Assembly (NCBI GenBank): GCA_963813535.1
Contig: CAWEZH010000002.1
Location: forward strand, 1,536,001-1,600,000
Direction of reading: 5' to 3'
Length of the DNA: 64,000 nt
From: an uncultured Chloroflexia bacterium
GTDB taxonomy: Bacteria; Chloroflexota; Limnocylindria; Limnocylindrales; CSP1-4
Shown: positions 28,344-38,048 of the stretch, piece by piece
Layout of the letters: every line of letters starts with the position of its first letter
How positions within the stretch are numbered: position 1 is the stretch's first letter
Translations under genes and position numbers: made by a program
Notes under the pieces: generated by a model
The model's database searches: none
Told to the model about the DNA's origin: nothing
Seen by the model: the letters and a program-made list of their open reading frames with translations, nothing else

Positions 28344-28606
28344 GTGACGGGTGCCTCCCAACACGGCGGCGGACGGTCAGCCGATCGTGCAGCCTCCCCG
28401 TTCTATTGCCTGTCGTGTTCCGTCTGATGGCCCGCCCGGTGCGTCAGGCGCGACCGCGTGGCTGACGGGGCGCTGACGCGTGCCAGCGGGGCCGTCGGCA
28501 ACGGATCCAGGACCCTCGATAACGTCCTGGTGCCAGACGTGGCGATGCCCGGCTGGGATATCCCAACCGGGCATCTGTTCGGCCGATCTCCCCCCGGATG
28601 AGGCCA
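28344..28606 (-). ncRNA. Candidate structured 5' leader / cis-regulatory RNA of the GcvT-like-Rieske operon
   Basis: About 260 nt between the promoter and the ATG; at least three stems, one with a G-U pair only on the minus strand; no family recognised. Confidence 0.4.
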
Positions 28607-28612
28607 AAGCGA

Positions 28613-28641
28613 ACGTTACCCGGTACCTCGGTCCTATGCAA
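28613..28641 (-). promoter_or_regulatory. Sigma70-type promoter TTGCAT-N17-TAACGT
   Basis: -35 at 28641-28636, -10 at 28618-28613; palindrome GGTGCGA-TT-TCGCACC at 28661-28676 just upstream. Confidence 0.6.
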
Positions 28642-28706
28642 TACCCCGGACCTTACAACTGGTGCGATTTCGCACCTCCCAGCGGGTTCGGTGACCCGCG
28701 GCGGGG

Positions 28707-30404
28707 CTAGTCGAGCGTCACCCGTTGATGCCAGTGCGGCACGTGGGTCTCGAACCCGAGCGCCCGCACCTTCGGTTCCAGGGCGACCTGCGCATCGGGG
28801 TCCCCGTGGACCAGGAAGACCCGCCTGGGGAAGCCGGGCTGGCCCGGCTGTTTTCCCTCCGCGAAGCGCCCGATCCAGTCGAGCAGCTCGTGCTCGTCGG
28901 CGTGGGCCGAGAACCCCGCGATCGAGCGGATCGTGCAGCGCACCTCGCGCGGCTGTCCGTCCAGCCGGACGGTGGTCGCCCCGGCCTGGAGGTGCGCGCC
29001 GAGCGTGCCCTCGCCCTGGTAGCCGACGAACAGGAGCGTCGCCTTCGGGTCGTCGATGAGGTTGCGCAGGTGGCCCACGACGCGGCCACCGGTGAGCATC
29101 CCGTTGGAGGCCACGATCATGTACGGCCGCGTGGCGAACTGGATCTGCTGCGACTCCTTTGGCGTGTTCGTCTCGATCTGGGCCGGGTAGTCGAGCGGCG
29201 TGTCCCCGCTCTGTAGCAATGCCGATGTCTCCTCGTCGAAGTACTGCGTATAGCGGCGGTAGATCTTCGAGGCCTTCTGCGCCATCGGCGAGTCGAGGTA
29301 GAGCGGCAGCAGCGGGATCTCGCCACGGTCGATGAGCCGGTCGAGCTCCCACACGACCTCCTGCGTGCGGCCGATCGCGAACGAGGGCACGAGCAGGACG
29401 CCCTCGGCATCGGCGACGAGCCGGACGGTCTCGGCCAGGATCCGGATCGCTTCGTGCTGCGGCTCGTGTTCGCGGCCGCCATACGTCGACTCGACGAGCA
29501 CGTAGTCCGCGGCGGTGAGGTAGGTCGGGTCACGGATGATCGGGGTGCCGGGGCGACCGAGGTCGCCCGAACAGACGATGACCCGCTCGACATCGCCGTC
29601 CCTGACACGTAACCGGATGATCGCCGAGCCCAGGATGTGCCCCGCATCGAGGAATGTCGCCCAGACGCCGGGCGCGACCTCGCGCTCCTCGTCGTACTCG
29701 ATCGGCCGGAAGTGCTCGATGGCTCGCTCCGCATCCTTGACCGTGTAGAGCGGCTCATCGAGGTCGATCTCGAGCGCGGGCGGCTGGGAGCGCAGTTCGA
29801 CTTCGGGGTCGCTCGTCGACCAGTCGTGCGGCGGCTCGGGCTCGATGCTGGTCTCGACGTGTTCGCCGCCGCCCGACACCTGCGCTGGCTCGGCCGTCAT
29901 CGCTTCCGCCGCAGCCGTCGCTGCCGCCACCGATCCGGCCGGGGCGCTCGCGGTCGCGACCGCACCCTCCTCGGACCCGCCGGCCGCGGCAAGGTCGATC
30001 GCGGCCTGGTACGCCTCGGCCTCGGCCTTGTCGTCCGCCTCGACCAGATCGGGGTGGCGCTTCTCCCAGCGGGCCTCGCGCTTCGCGAACTCCTCGTGCA
30101 GGTGACCGGAGTCGAGGAGGACGAGGGCCGCCAGCTCGACCGTCCCGGCCGTGGCATGGATCTTGCCCTGGTAGCCGGCCCTGACGAGCATCGGCAGGCG
30201 GCCGCAATGGTCGAGGTGGGCGTGGGTCAGGACGACGGCATCGAGCTCGCCCGGGTCGAACCCGAACGGCACCCGGTTGCGGACCGATTCATTCGGGCTG
30301 CCCTGGAACATCCCGCAATCGACCAGGACCTTCGAACGACCGGTCTCGAGGAGGAACTGGGAGCCCGTGACGGTCGTTGCGCCGCCGAGGAACGTGATCT
30401 GCAT
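28707..30404 (-). CDS. MBL-fold beta-CASP RNA-metabolising metallo-hydrolase
   Basis: [53 protein letters not shown]. Confidence 0.93.
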   Translation of the reverse strand: MQITFLGGATTVTGSQFLLETGRSKVLVDCGMFQGSPNESVRNRVPFGFDPGELDAVVLTHAHLDHCGRLPMLVRAGYQGKIHATAGTVELAALVLLDSGHLHEEFAKREARWEKRHPDLVEADDKAEAEAYQAAIDLAAAGGSEEGAVATASAPAGSVAAATAAAEAMTAEPAQVSGGGEHVETSIEPEPPHDWSTSDPEVELRSQPPALEIDLDEPLYTVKDAERAIEHFRPIEYDEEREVAPGVWATFLDAGHILGSAIIRLRVRDGDVERVIVCSGDLGRPGTPIIRDPTYLTAADYVLVESTYGGREHEPQHEAIRILAETVRLVADAEGVLLVPSFAIGRTQEVVWELDRLIDRGEIPLLPLYLDSPMAQKASKIYRRYTQYFDEETSALLQSGDTPLDYPAQIETNTPKESQQIQFATRPYMIVASNGMLTGGRVVGHLRNLIDDPKATLLFVGYQGEGTLGAHLQAGATTVRLDGQPREVRCTIRSIAGFSAHADEHELLDWIGRFAEGKQPGQPGFPRRVFLVHGDPDAQVALEPKVRALGFETHVPHWHQRVTLD

Positions 30405-30473
30405 GCCGGGCATGGTGACAGGCCGAGTGGCGCGTCGGACGTCGCGTCCGGCTGACCCGGCGTGCCGGGCTCG

Positions 30474-32319
30474 TTACGGAAGCAGGACGAGGGCGTCGAT
30501 GGCGATGGCCACGAACAGCAGCGACAAGTAGCTGATCGAGTACTTGTAGAGGCGGATGGCACCTTGCGTCGATGCCTCCTCCGACGAACCCCGGCGCCAC
30601 AGCGAGATCGCCTGCCAGATGAACACCGCACCGAGCCCGACCGCCGCACCGAGGTACACGAGGCCCATCCGCGCGACCGGCCAGAGCACCAGCGAGATGG
30701 CGACCATCAGGAGCGTGTACAGCGCGATCTGGCGCGTGGTCTCGGGGATCCCCCGAACGACCGGCAGCATCGGCACGCCCGGCTGCAGCGTAGTCCTTGC
30801 GGATCCGCAGCGACAGCGCCCAGAAGTGGGGCGGCGTCCAGTAGAAGACCAGCGCGAACAGGATCAGTGCCGGGATCCCGACGTCGCCGGTCACGGCCGC
30901 CCAGCCGATGACCGGCGGGAGGGCCCCTGCGGCCCCGCCGATGACGATGTTCTGCGGTGTCGAGCGCTTGAGCAGCATCGTGTAGACGACGACATAGAAC
31001 GCGATGGCCAGCAGCGTCAGGAAGGCCGCCAGCAGGTTGATCGTCCACGCCATCAACCCGAACGACAGCACGCCGAGCACGATGCCGAACACGACCGCGT
31101 TCGCGGGCTCGACCTGGTGGGCCGGCAGCGGACGGCGTCGCGTGCGCGCCATGAGCGAGTCGATGTCGCGATCGAGATAGCAGTTGATGGCGTTGGCGCT
31201 GCCCGCGGCGAGCGTTCCGCCGACCATGGTCCAGAGGACGAGCCAGCCCCATTCGCCCCAGTCGAGACCGGGCACCCAGCGCGTTGCCAGGACCATCGCC
31301 GGGACGGTCGTGACGAGGAGCAGCTCGATGATCCGTGGCTTCGTCAGCGCGACGTAGGCACGCACGCGGTCCCCGGTCGAGGGTGAGACCTGCGGGGGCG
31401 AGCCGGTCGGCGCTTCGTCGCCGCTCCCGGCCGGCACCGAGCGCGCCGCGTAGTAGCTCGTGACGCTCAGTCCGACGAGCATCGCGAAGGTCACCGCCCC
31501 GAGGGAGAGGTGGAGCGTCTGGGTCCAGGCCGACAGACTGGTCAGGACCTGGAGCCCGCCGACGACGACCTGGATGGCGAAGAGGGCGGCCGCGCCGACC
31601 GCCAGTCGCACGATGACAGGCTGATCGCGCTGCGTGCGCCACGCGACGATGGCCACTCCCGCGACGATCGCACCGACCAGCGCCGCGACCCAGCGATGCA
31701 GCACATGCGCGGCGGTCAGCTCGGTGAGTGCCGGGACGAGCGACCCGTTCATGAGCGGCCAGTCAGGGAAGACGAGCGCGGAGTCGGTCGCGGTGACATT
31801 CGATCCGAAGAGCAGCAACGCGAACGTGGCAAGGGTCGCGAACGCGGCCAGCAGGGTGAACCGCTGGTTCGCGCCGGACCCGCCGAGGCGAGCCGGGTAC
31901 CCGGCACGGACGGTCACATACACCAGCAGTGCGACGAGCAGCATCGCCGCGGCGAGGTGGGCGGTCACCAATTCGCCGCTGTTCCCGAGCCTGACGGTCT
32001 CGCGCCCGAGCCATGCCTGGAAGCCGACCAGCACGACCGCCCCGACGGACGGCCAGAGCAGCGATCGGCGGTCGCGATGATCGACCCAGGCAAGGATCGC
32101 CAGCCCGACGATCTCGAACCCGATGATCGCCGCGACCGTGCGGTGCATCCACTCGATCCATGCCTGGACGTCGTCCAGCGGTGGCAGCAGCTGGCCATGG
32201 CAGAGGGGCCAATCCGGACACCCGAGGCCGGAGTCGGTGGCGCGGACGATGACCCCGATCGTCACGAGCAGCACGGCTGTCCCGAGGGTGATCGCGGCCA
32301 GTCTCTGGAAGCGGGTCAA
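30474..32319 (-). CDS. ctaB: Heme A synthase (CtaA/COX15)-heme O synthase (CtaB) fusion; one frameshift near 30780
   Basis: N-terminal [16 protein letters not shown]; C-terminal [32 protein letters not shown]|VPMLPV. TTG start with AGGAG SD. Confidence 0.9.
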
Positions 32320-32445
32320 CGGTTCTCCTGGGGGCGCGGTACACCGGGTGGGCATTGGGACGGGGCGCGGCCGCAATTCTAGCGCGAGCCCGCTCCGACT
32401 CGGTCATCGGCGACCCGGAACGGACGCCTCCGCTACGCTTCCGCC

Positions 32446-33438
32446 ATGACCCGAATCCCCAGTCTGGCGATGGCCTGTGCGCTGTTACTCGTGTCGGCCG
32501 CCTGCACCGCAGGCCCTGGCGGCACGAGCTCGACAGCCCCGTCGCCATCGGTGTCGGCCGTGGCCGGCGAGTGCGCGACGACGCCGGCACCGGCGGCCGC
32601 GCCCGAGGGCTGGGACCTCGGTTCGCAGCGACCGTCTGTCTTCCCGCAGGTGATCAATCCGCCGGGCACCGTCGTCTGCGGCGCGAACCGACTGGTGTTC
32701 TCGTTCCTGGACGACCAGAACATCCCGGTCGCGAAGCCCGACCTGGCGGTCGAGGTCAAGATGTTCGACCTCGGAGCGGATCCGTCGAAGCCGGTCGCCG
32801 AAGGCCCCGCGACGTTCATCTGGGCGCAGGAGCCCGAGGTCGGCGTGTACGTGATCGACCTCGACCTGCCGACCGCCGGAGGCTATGGGATCGAGTTCAC
32901 CACGACGCCGGCAGGCGGCTCACCCGAGGCCATCCGGATGACGCTCGACGTGCAGCCCAGCACGGATGTGATCTCGATCGGCGACAAGGCCCCATCGTCC
33001 GACACCCCGACGCTCGATGACGTCGGCGGCGACGTGCAGCAGATCTCGACCGATCCCGATCCGGTGCCGGCGTTCTACACGACGTCGATCGCGGATGCGG
33101 TCGCCGCCGAGAAGCCGTTCGTGGTCGCCTTCGCAACGCCGAAATTCTGCGTCAGCCAGCAATGCGGTCCCACGCTCGATCGGATCAAGCCGATCGCCGA
33201 ACGCCATCCCGGCGTGACGGTCATCAACGTCGAGCCCTACCAGCTCGAAGATGTCGACGGGCAGCTCCAGCCCGTGCTGACCAACGACCAGCTGACACCA
33301 GCTGCCGTGACCGACGAGTGGCATCTGCCCACCGAGCCGTGGATCTTCGTGGTCGATCGGAACGGCGTCGTCACCGCGTCCTACATGCTGATCTTCAGCG
33401 ACCAGGAGCTGGAGGCGGCGATCTCCGCCGTCGAGTAG
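32446..33438 (+). CDS. Lipoprotein with thioredoxin-like fold (CxxxxC)
   Basis: Lipobox SAAC; FATPKFCVSQQCGP; W.LPTEPW.FVVD.NG. Confidence 0.75.
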   Translation: MTRIPSLAMACALLLVSAACTAGPGGTSSTAPSPSVSAVAGECATTPAPAAAPEGWDLGSQRPSVFPQVINPPGTVVCGANRLVFSFLDDQNIPVAKPDLAVEVKMFDLGADPSKPVAEGPATFIWAQEPEVGVYVIDLDLPTAGGYGIEFTTTPAGGSPEAIRMTLDVQPSTDVISIGDKAPSSDTPTLDDVGGDVQQISTDPDPVPAFYTTSIADAVAAEKPFVVAFATPKFCVSQQCGPTLDRIKPIAERHPGVTVINVEPYQLEDVDGQLQPVLTNDQLTPAAVTDEWHLPTEPWIFVVDRNGVVTASYMLIFSDQELEAAISAVE

Positions 33439-33456
33439 CCGAGAGCCTCGGCCCGA

Positions 33457-33834
33457 TCAAGTACTCGGCGATGCGCGCGGAGCATCCTCGAGACGGAGCG
33501 CAAGGTGTTCGCCGCCCTCCGTGCGGAACCAGACGTTGATGGGCTGTGACGTTGCCTGGTGCTCGGCCAGGTGACCGGGTGGGAACTGTGACCCGTTCTC
33601 GAACGCGCGCAGGCTGAAGTCCACGATCTCGCCGCCGGGGCGCCGTAGCACGAAGCCGCGCACGTCACCGAGACCCGCGCTGTCGATCGCGACGACGACA
33701 CCGGTCATCTGCTCAGCGTCCGGAGGAGCCTGACCGTTGGTGTCCGGCCCGCCGAGCAGCAGCGCAGCCGATGCCGTGCCGACGACGATCGCGACGAGCA
33801 GGATGGCGAAGAGCGTGCGTGTGCGCCGATCCAC
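33457..33834 (-). CDS. Membrane-anchored hypothetical protein (possible OB-fold, HLxEH motif)
   Basis: N-terminal TM; GVVV.ID...; PGHLAEHQAT..P..V. Confidence 0.65.
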   Translation of the reverse strand: MDRRTRTLFAILLVAIVVGTASAALLLGGPDTNGQAPPDAEQMTGVVVAIDSAGLGDVRGFVLRRPGGEIVDFSLRAFENGSQFPPGHLAEHQATSQPINVWFRTEGGEHLALRLEDAPRASPST

Positions 33835-33836
33835 CG

Positions 33837-34541
33837 TCAGCCGCCGGCAGGCGCGCCAGCGACCGTTCCGGTGCTGCCCGGGGCCTGGAGCGGGTCTCCT
33901 GCGGCGCATCTCGGGCACGTCGACTCTGTGGGTTCGTAGGTCGGAAGGTCGAGCTGCCACAGCGCCCGGAGCGGGTACGTCCGGCCCGTCGTCGGTGAGG
34001 TCAGCGTCTCCCGACCACCACTTCTATCGACGAGGACCACGCATTCGACGATCTCACCGCCGAGCGCCTCGACCGCTGGGATCATCGCCAGCAGCGAGCC
34101 CCCGGTCGTGAGGATGTCATCGACCAGCAGGACCCGCTCGCCGGGTAGGATCGAGAAGCCGCGCCGGAATTCGCGGCGAGTGCCACCCGCACCGTCCGGC
34201 ACCTCCTCCGCGAAGATCCCGAGGGTCCCCAGTTGCCGCGCCGTCTCGAAGGCCAGGATGACGCCTCCGGTCGTCGGCCCGGCGACGAGGTCGACCGGCC
34301 GCCGGTCCTCATCGCCGCGTCCGAGAGCGCGGATCCAGGCGGCCCAATAGCCGCACAGCTCGCTCGTCGCGGCCGGATCCGACAGGACGGCGAACTTCTC
34401 GACATAGGCGTCACTGTGGCGGCCGCTCTTGAGAAGGAAGTGGCCCTCGCGGAAAGCGCCGGATGCGCGGAACAGCTCCTCGGTCCGGGCCGCCACGACT
34501 GCCCGGGCGGCCAGGTCGACCGCGGGTTTGATCGTCGTCAC
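33837..34541 (-). CDS. pyrE: Orotate phosphoribosyltransferase
   Basis: GHFLLKSGRHS, VLLVDDILTTGGS PRPP loop; adjacent to pyrD. Confidence 0.93.
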   Translation of the reverse strand: MTTIKPAVDLAARAVVAARTEELFRASGAFREGHFLLKSGRHSDAYVEKFAVLSDPAATSELCGYWAAWIRALGRGDEDRRPVDLVAGPTTGGVILAFETARQLGTLGIFAEEVPDGAGGTRREFRRGFSILPGERVLLVDDILTTGGSLLAMIPAVEALGGEIVECVVLVDRSGGRETLTSPTTGRTYPLRALWQLDLPTYEPTESTCPRCAAGDPLQAPGSTGTVAGAPAGG

Positions 34542-34566
34542 GCCCGAAGTGTAGGTCGGACGGCCG

Positions 34567-35685
34567 TCACGGCCGGTATTCGACGCCCTTGGCCGAAGGG
34601 GAGGCAGCTCGCTTGGGGAGTGCCGACCCGATCAGGTCGCGGTGCGACTCGACGCCCCGCCGGCGACACTCGGCCTCCAGCTCGCCGACCAGGCGGACCG
34701 GGAGCAGCGGGTCGGCGAAGATCGCGGTCCCGACCTGGACGGCGACCGCACCGACGGCGAGGAAATCGAGGACATCGGCGAGCTCGGTGACGCCACCGAT
34801 GGCGATGACCGGGATGCGGACCGCCTGGGCCGCCTCGTACACGATCCGGAGCGCCACCGGCTTGACGGCAGGCCCGCTCAGACCGCCGTAGATGTTGCCG
34901 AGCAGCGGCCTGGTGCGATCCGGGGCGACGGCGATGCCCGACAACGTGTTGATCGCGGTCAGGGCGTCCGCGCCGGCATCGGCGATGGCCTTGGCGATGG
35001 GACGGATGTCCGCCACGTTCGGTGAGAGCTTCACGAGTAACGGCAGGTCCGTCGCGCGCCGGACCGCCGCGGTCACCTCACCGGCGGCACCGGGATCGAT
35101 CGCGAACTGGAGTCCACCACGGCCGACGTTGGGACACGAGATGTTGAGCTCGATGCCGGCGATGCCGGGCACGCCCTCCAATCGACGCGTGACCTCGACA
35201 TAGTCAGCCACCGACTCGCCCGCAACGTTGACGATCACGGGCACGTTCCACCCGGCCCAGGTCGACGCGTACTTCTCCACGACCACGTCGACCCCCGGGT
35301 TCTGGAGACCGATCGAGTTCAGCATCCCGCCCGGCGTTTCGGTGACGCGCGGCGTTGGGTTGCCGATCCGCGGCTTCAGCGTCGTGCCCTTGCAGCAGAT
35401 CGCGCCGAGCAGGTCGACGTCGACGACGTCGCCGTACTCGACTCCATAGCCGAATGTCCCCGATGCCACGAGGACCGGGTTCGGCAGCACGAGCCCGCGT
35501 CCGAGGTCGACCGTGAGATCGATGTCGCTCGCTGATCCGGCTTCGATGGGCGCCGCAGGTACGGCTTCGACCCGCGGTCGAGCCGAAACCGGCGCGATCG
35601 CCGGGCGGATGCGGCGAGGCGTCGGCGTTCGCTTGGCGCCGGCCGGACGCCCCGATGTCGTCACGACGCGCCGCTTGGCCTTCAC
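34567..35685 (-). CDS. pyrD: Dihydroorotate dehydrogenase family 1B catalytic subunit
   Basis: ASGTFGYG, GNPTPR..ET..GMLNSIGLQNPG, ELNISCPN, VKLSPNV, GGLSGPAVKP. Confidence 0.95.
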   Translation of the reverse strand: MKAKRRVVTTSGRPAGAKRTPTPRRIRPAIAPVSARPRVEAVPAAPIEAGSASDIDLTVDLGRGLVLPNPVLVASGTFGYGVEYGDVVDVDLLGAICCKGTTLKPRIGNPTPRVTETPGGMLNSIGLQNPGVDVVVEKYASTWAGWNVPVIVNVAGESVADYVEVTRRLEGVPGIAGIELNISCPNVGRGGLQFAIDPGAAGEVTAAVRRATDLPLLVKLSPNVADIRPIAKAIADAGADALTAINTLSGIAVAPDRTRPLLGNIYGGLSGPAVKPVALRIVYEAAQAVRIPVIAIGGVTELADVLDFLAVGAVAVQVGTAIFADPLLPVRLVGELEAECRRRGVESHRDLIGSALPKRAASPSAKGVEYRP

Positions 35686-36551
35686 GACCAGGCCGCCTCC
35701 CAGGCCACTTCCTCGCTCGCGAAGACCGGCCCCTCCCGGCAGACACGCTGGGGCGTGCCCGTCACGCTCATCACGACGCAGCCCAGGCACGCGCCGACGG
35801 CACAGCCCATGTTCTGCTCCATCGAGACCTGCAGGAACGCCTTGCGCCTGGCCCCTGGCGAACCGAGCGGATCGGCCCGACCAGCGCCTCGTTTTCGACC
35901 GAGGGCCGCCACACCGAGCCGTCCGCGGCGGCCCTCCGCGAGCCGGGCCAGCGCTCGGAGCATCGGGGTCGGACCGCAGGCAAAGGCCTGGTCTGCCCAG
36001 CTTTCGTACTGCGGGACGAGCTCCGTCACGAAGCCGCGGTGGCCGAGGGAGCCATCGTCTGTGGCGACGACGTACTCCACCTCGTCGGGCAGCAGGTTCG
36101 ACGGGTAGACCTCCCGCGCGGTGGTGGCGCCGAACAGCAGCGTCACCTGGCGACCGGCCTGGATCGCCTCGTCGGCCAGCATCCGGACACCGGCCATGCC
36201 CAGACCGCCCGCGATCAGGAGCAGGTGCCGACTCCGCGGATCGACCTCGAACGGCCGGCCGAGCGGCCCCAGCAGGTCGATGGCATCTCCCGCACGGAGC
36301 CGCGCGAACCACTCGGTGCCCCTGCCGATGACCCGGAAATGGATCGTGACGATGCCCGTCACTGGATCCGCCGTATTCAGCGAGAACGGCCGACGCAACA
36401 CCATCCCGGAGTAATCGCCGGTGCGGACATGGACGAACTGCCCGGCCCTCGAGCCGGTGGCCAGCTCGGGCGCGTGATAGGCCTGCAGCCACTGGCCGGG
36501 AAGGATCTCGCGGCTATCGACGAGCTCGGCGGCGGCGAGCCGCATGGTCAA
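35682..36551 (-). CDS. pyrK: Dihydroorotate dehydrogenase electron-transfer subunit
   Basis: LRRPFS, GPLG, IAGG.G, TDDGS.G, CGP..M, SME..MGC.VGAC.GC...RVC.EGPVF. Confidence 0.93.
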   Translation of the reverse strand: MTMRLAAAELVDSREILPGQWLQAYHAPELATGSRAGQFVHVRTGDYSGMVLRRPFSLNTADPVTGIVTIHFRVIGRGTEWFARLRAGDAIDLLGPLGRPFEVDPRSRHLLLIAGGLGMAGVRMLADEAIQAGRQVTLLFGATTAREVYPSNLLPDEVEYVVATDDGSLGHRGFVTELVPQYESWADQAFACGPTPMLRALARLAEGRRGRLGVAALGRKRGAGRADPLGSPGARRKAFLQVSMEQNMGCAVGACLGCVVMSVTGTPQRVCREGPVFASEEVAWEAAWS

Positions 36552-37621
36552 GCGGTCGGGCGGCCCTCCGCGCCCTCTCCTTCCTCGCGGTCCTCGGTAT
36601 CGCCGTCATCGGTGCCGTCCTCGGCTTGCTCTGTCGCTTCACCGTCGTCGTCGGCGACCGCGACCTCGACATCGCCCTCGACCGGATCCGTGGACGCGGT
36701 CTCCTCGCTGGGACCCGCGCCGTCGCCCTCCGTGGCCAGCTCGGGCGCGACCGCTGGATAGGCCTCGGCCAGGGCGTCGGCCAGGTCGCCGAACACATCC
36801 GTCGGGTCGTAGAACTCCACGAGCTGGTCGGGGCCGGTCAGGCTCCGCCACTGTCCGTCGGCCTCCTCGGGGATCACCTCGGCTCGGAACTCCCCGGCCG
36901 AGGTCAGGACGAGTCGCTCGTCGTCGTCGTCGACGATCACCAGCTCCCCGAGCAGGCCGGATGCCGGCCCCGCGGCGACCTCGAACTCGTCGAGCAGCCG
37001 TGATTCGCTGCGCTGGCTGCGCTCCTGGTATTCGAGCGCGAGGTCGTACAGCCGCCGGGCAGCCGCATCGTCGTCGTCGAGGTCCACCTGCTCCGGTTGG
37101 CCGGCGGCCCACGAGTCCGCGGCAGCCGCATACGGGTCCTCGCCGAGCGCCACCGTCTCTTCGGGCGAGATACCGGCGGCCTCGAGCATCTCGTCGCTCG
37201 CGGTCGGGGACTCGCCCATCCCGGCGGCCTCCTTGGCCGCTTCACTGAACGCGGAGAAGATGTCGGCCGGGTTGTAGAGCTCGACCAGCTCGGACGCCGA
37301 CTCGATGACCTCGGTCTCGCTCACCCAGTCGCCGGTCAGGTCGTCGAGGAAGCGCGTGCGGCTGCGGAACGTGCTGTCGGGTGCGATCGAGAGGTAATCG
37401 GGCTCCTCATCGATCAGCGTCAGCCCGCCGTAGGCGGCGATGCGCTCCTTGTGGCGGTCCAGGAACCGGCGCAGCTGGTCGGTCGACTGGACAAGGAAAT
37501 CGGACCGCTCGAGGGCGGCGTCCGCCGCGATCTCGCCGAGCAGGTCGTTGCGGCCCGTATCCATGGTTCGCCTCCTGTTCGGTTCGTCGCCGGGTGGCAG
37601 GACTTCGCGTCGGATGCTCAT
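36548..37621 (-). CDS. Acidic hypothetical protein with an internally duplicated domain
   Basis: Long GC3-biased ORF; stop overlaps the pyrK start; two related blocks ending LVELYNPADIF and LVEFYDPTDVF. Confidence 0.8.
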   Translation of the reverse strand: MSIRREVLPPGDEPNRRRTMDTGRNDLLGEIAADAALERSDFLVQSTDQLRRFLDRHKERIAAYGGLTLIDEEPDYLSIAPDSTFRSRTRFLDDLTGDWVSETEVIESASELVELYNPADIFSAFSEAAKEAAGMGESPTASDEMLEAAGISPEETVALGEDPYAAAADSWAAGQPEQVDLDDDDAAARRLYDLALEYQERSQRSESRLLDEFEVAAGPASGLLGELVIVDDDDERLVLTSAGEFRAEVIPEEADGQWRSLTGPDQLVEFYDPTDVFGDLADALAEAYPAVAPELATEGDGAGPSEETASTDPVEGDVEVAVADDDGEATEQAEDGTDDGDTEDREEGEGAEGRPTA

Positions 37622-37639
37622 CGTCTTGGGTCGTTCGGG

Positions 37640-37966
37640 TCAGCGATGGTATTCGAGGTTGGGTCCCATGCGCTCACGCAGGAACATCGAGTGGTGGCGT
37701 TCGAAGATCCACTCGCCGGCCCGATGGCCAAGCGCCCTGGTCGCCTCGTCGGCCTCGAGCTTGTCGAGCGTCCCATAGTCGGGCAGGTCGAGCAGGATGA
37801 CGTTGTCGAAGTCCCAGCCATGGGCGACGTTGTACCAGCCGATGAACCGGATCCCGAACCGCTCCTCGTATTCCTTCACCTGGCGCGGGAAGATCGTGCG
37901 CATGAAGAACTTGAAGAACGGGTCGCGGCCTCGGCGGACGGAGAAATAGGTCGCGAGAACGGGCAT
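37640..37966 (-). CDS. Small hypothetical protein (possible NIPSNAP-like dimeric alpha-beta barrel)
   Basis: GIRFIGWY....GW.FDNVILLDLPDY..LDKL; strong codon bias; CACAAT -10-like element upstream. Confidence 0.75.
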   Translation of the reverse strand: MPVLATYFSVRRGRDPFFKFFMRTIFPRQVKEYEERFGIRFIGWYNVAHGWDFDNVILLDLPDYGTLDKLEADEATRALGHRAGEWIFERHHSMFLRERMGPNLEYHR

Positions 37967-38048
37967 GGGGCCATTGTGTCATGGGGTCGCGGCCGGGGCG
38001 GGGTCGCTGGTGCGGAGAGTGACCCGGCGGGGCGGGAGTCGCGAGCCC

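Noticed and set aside
28344-28606. Glycine or SAM riboswitch assignment; 76-aa ORF 28377..28607
   Set aside because: The conserved cores were not recognisable, and the ORF lacks coding-like features
30770-30790. Programmed frameshift or pseudogene in ctaA-ctaB (and in the decarboxylase at 40541/40633)
   Set aside because: Single-base indels in short G/C runs of otherwise intact conserved genes; sequencing error is more parsimonious
32400-32424. Third copy of the array repeat (TCGGTCATCGGCGACCCGGAACGG)
   Set aside because: Only a weak partial match, without the hairpin or 72-bp periodicity
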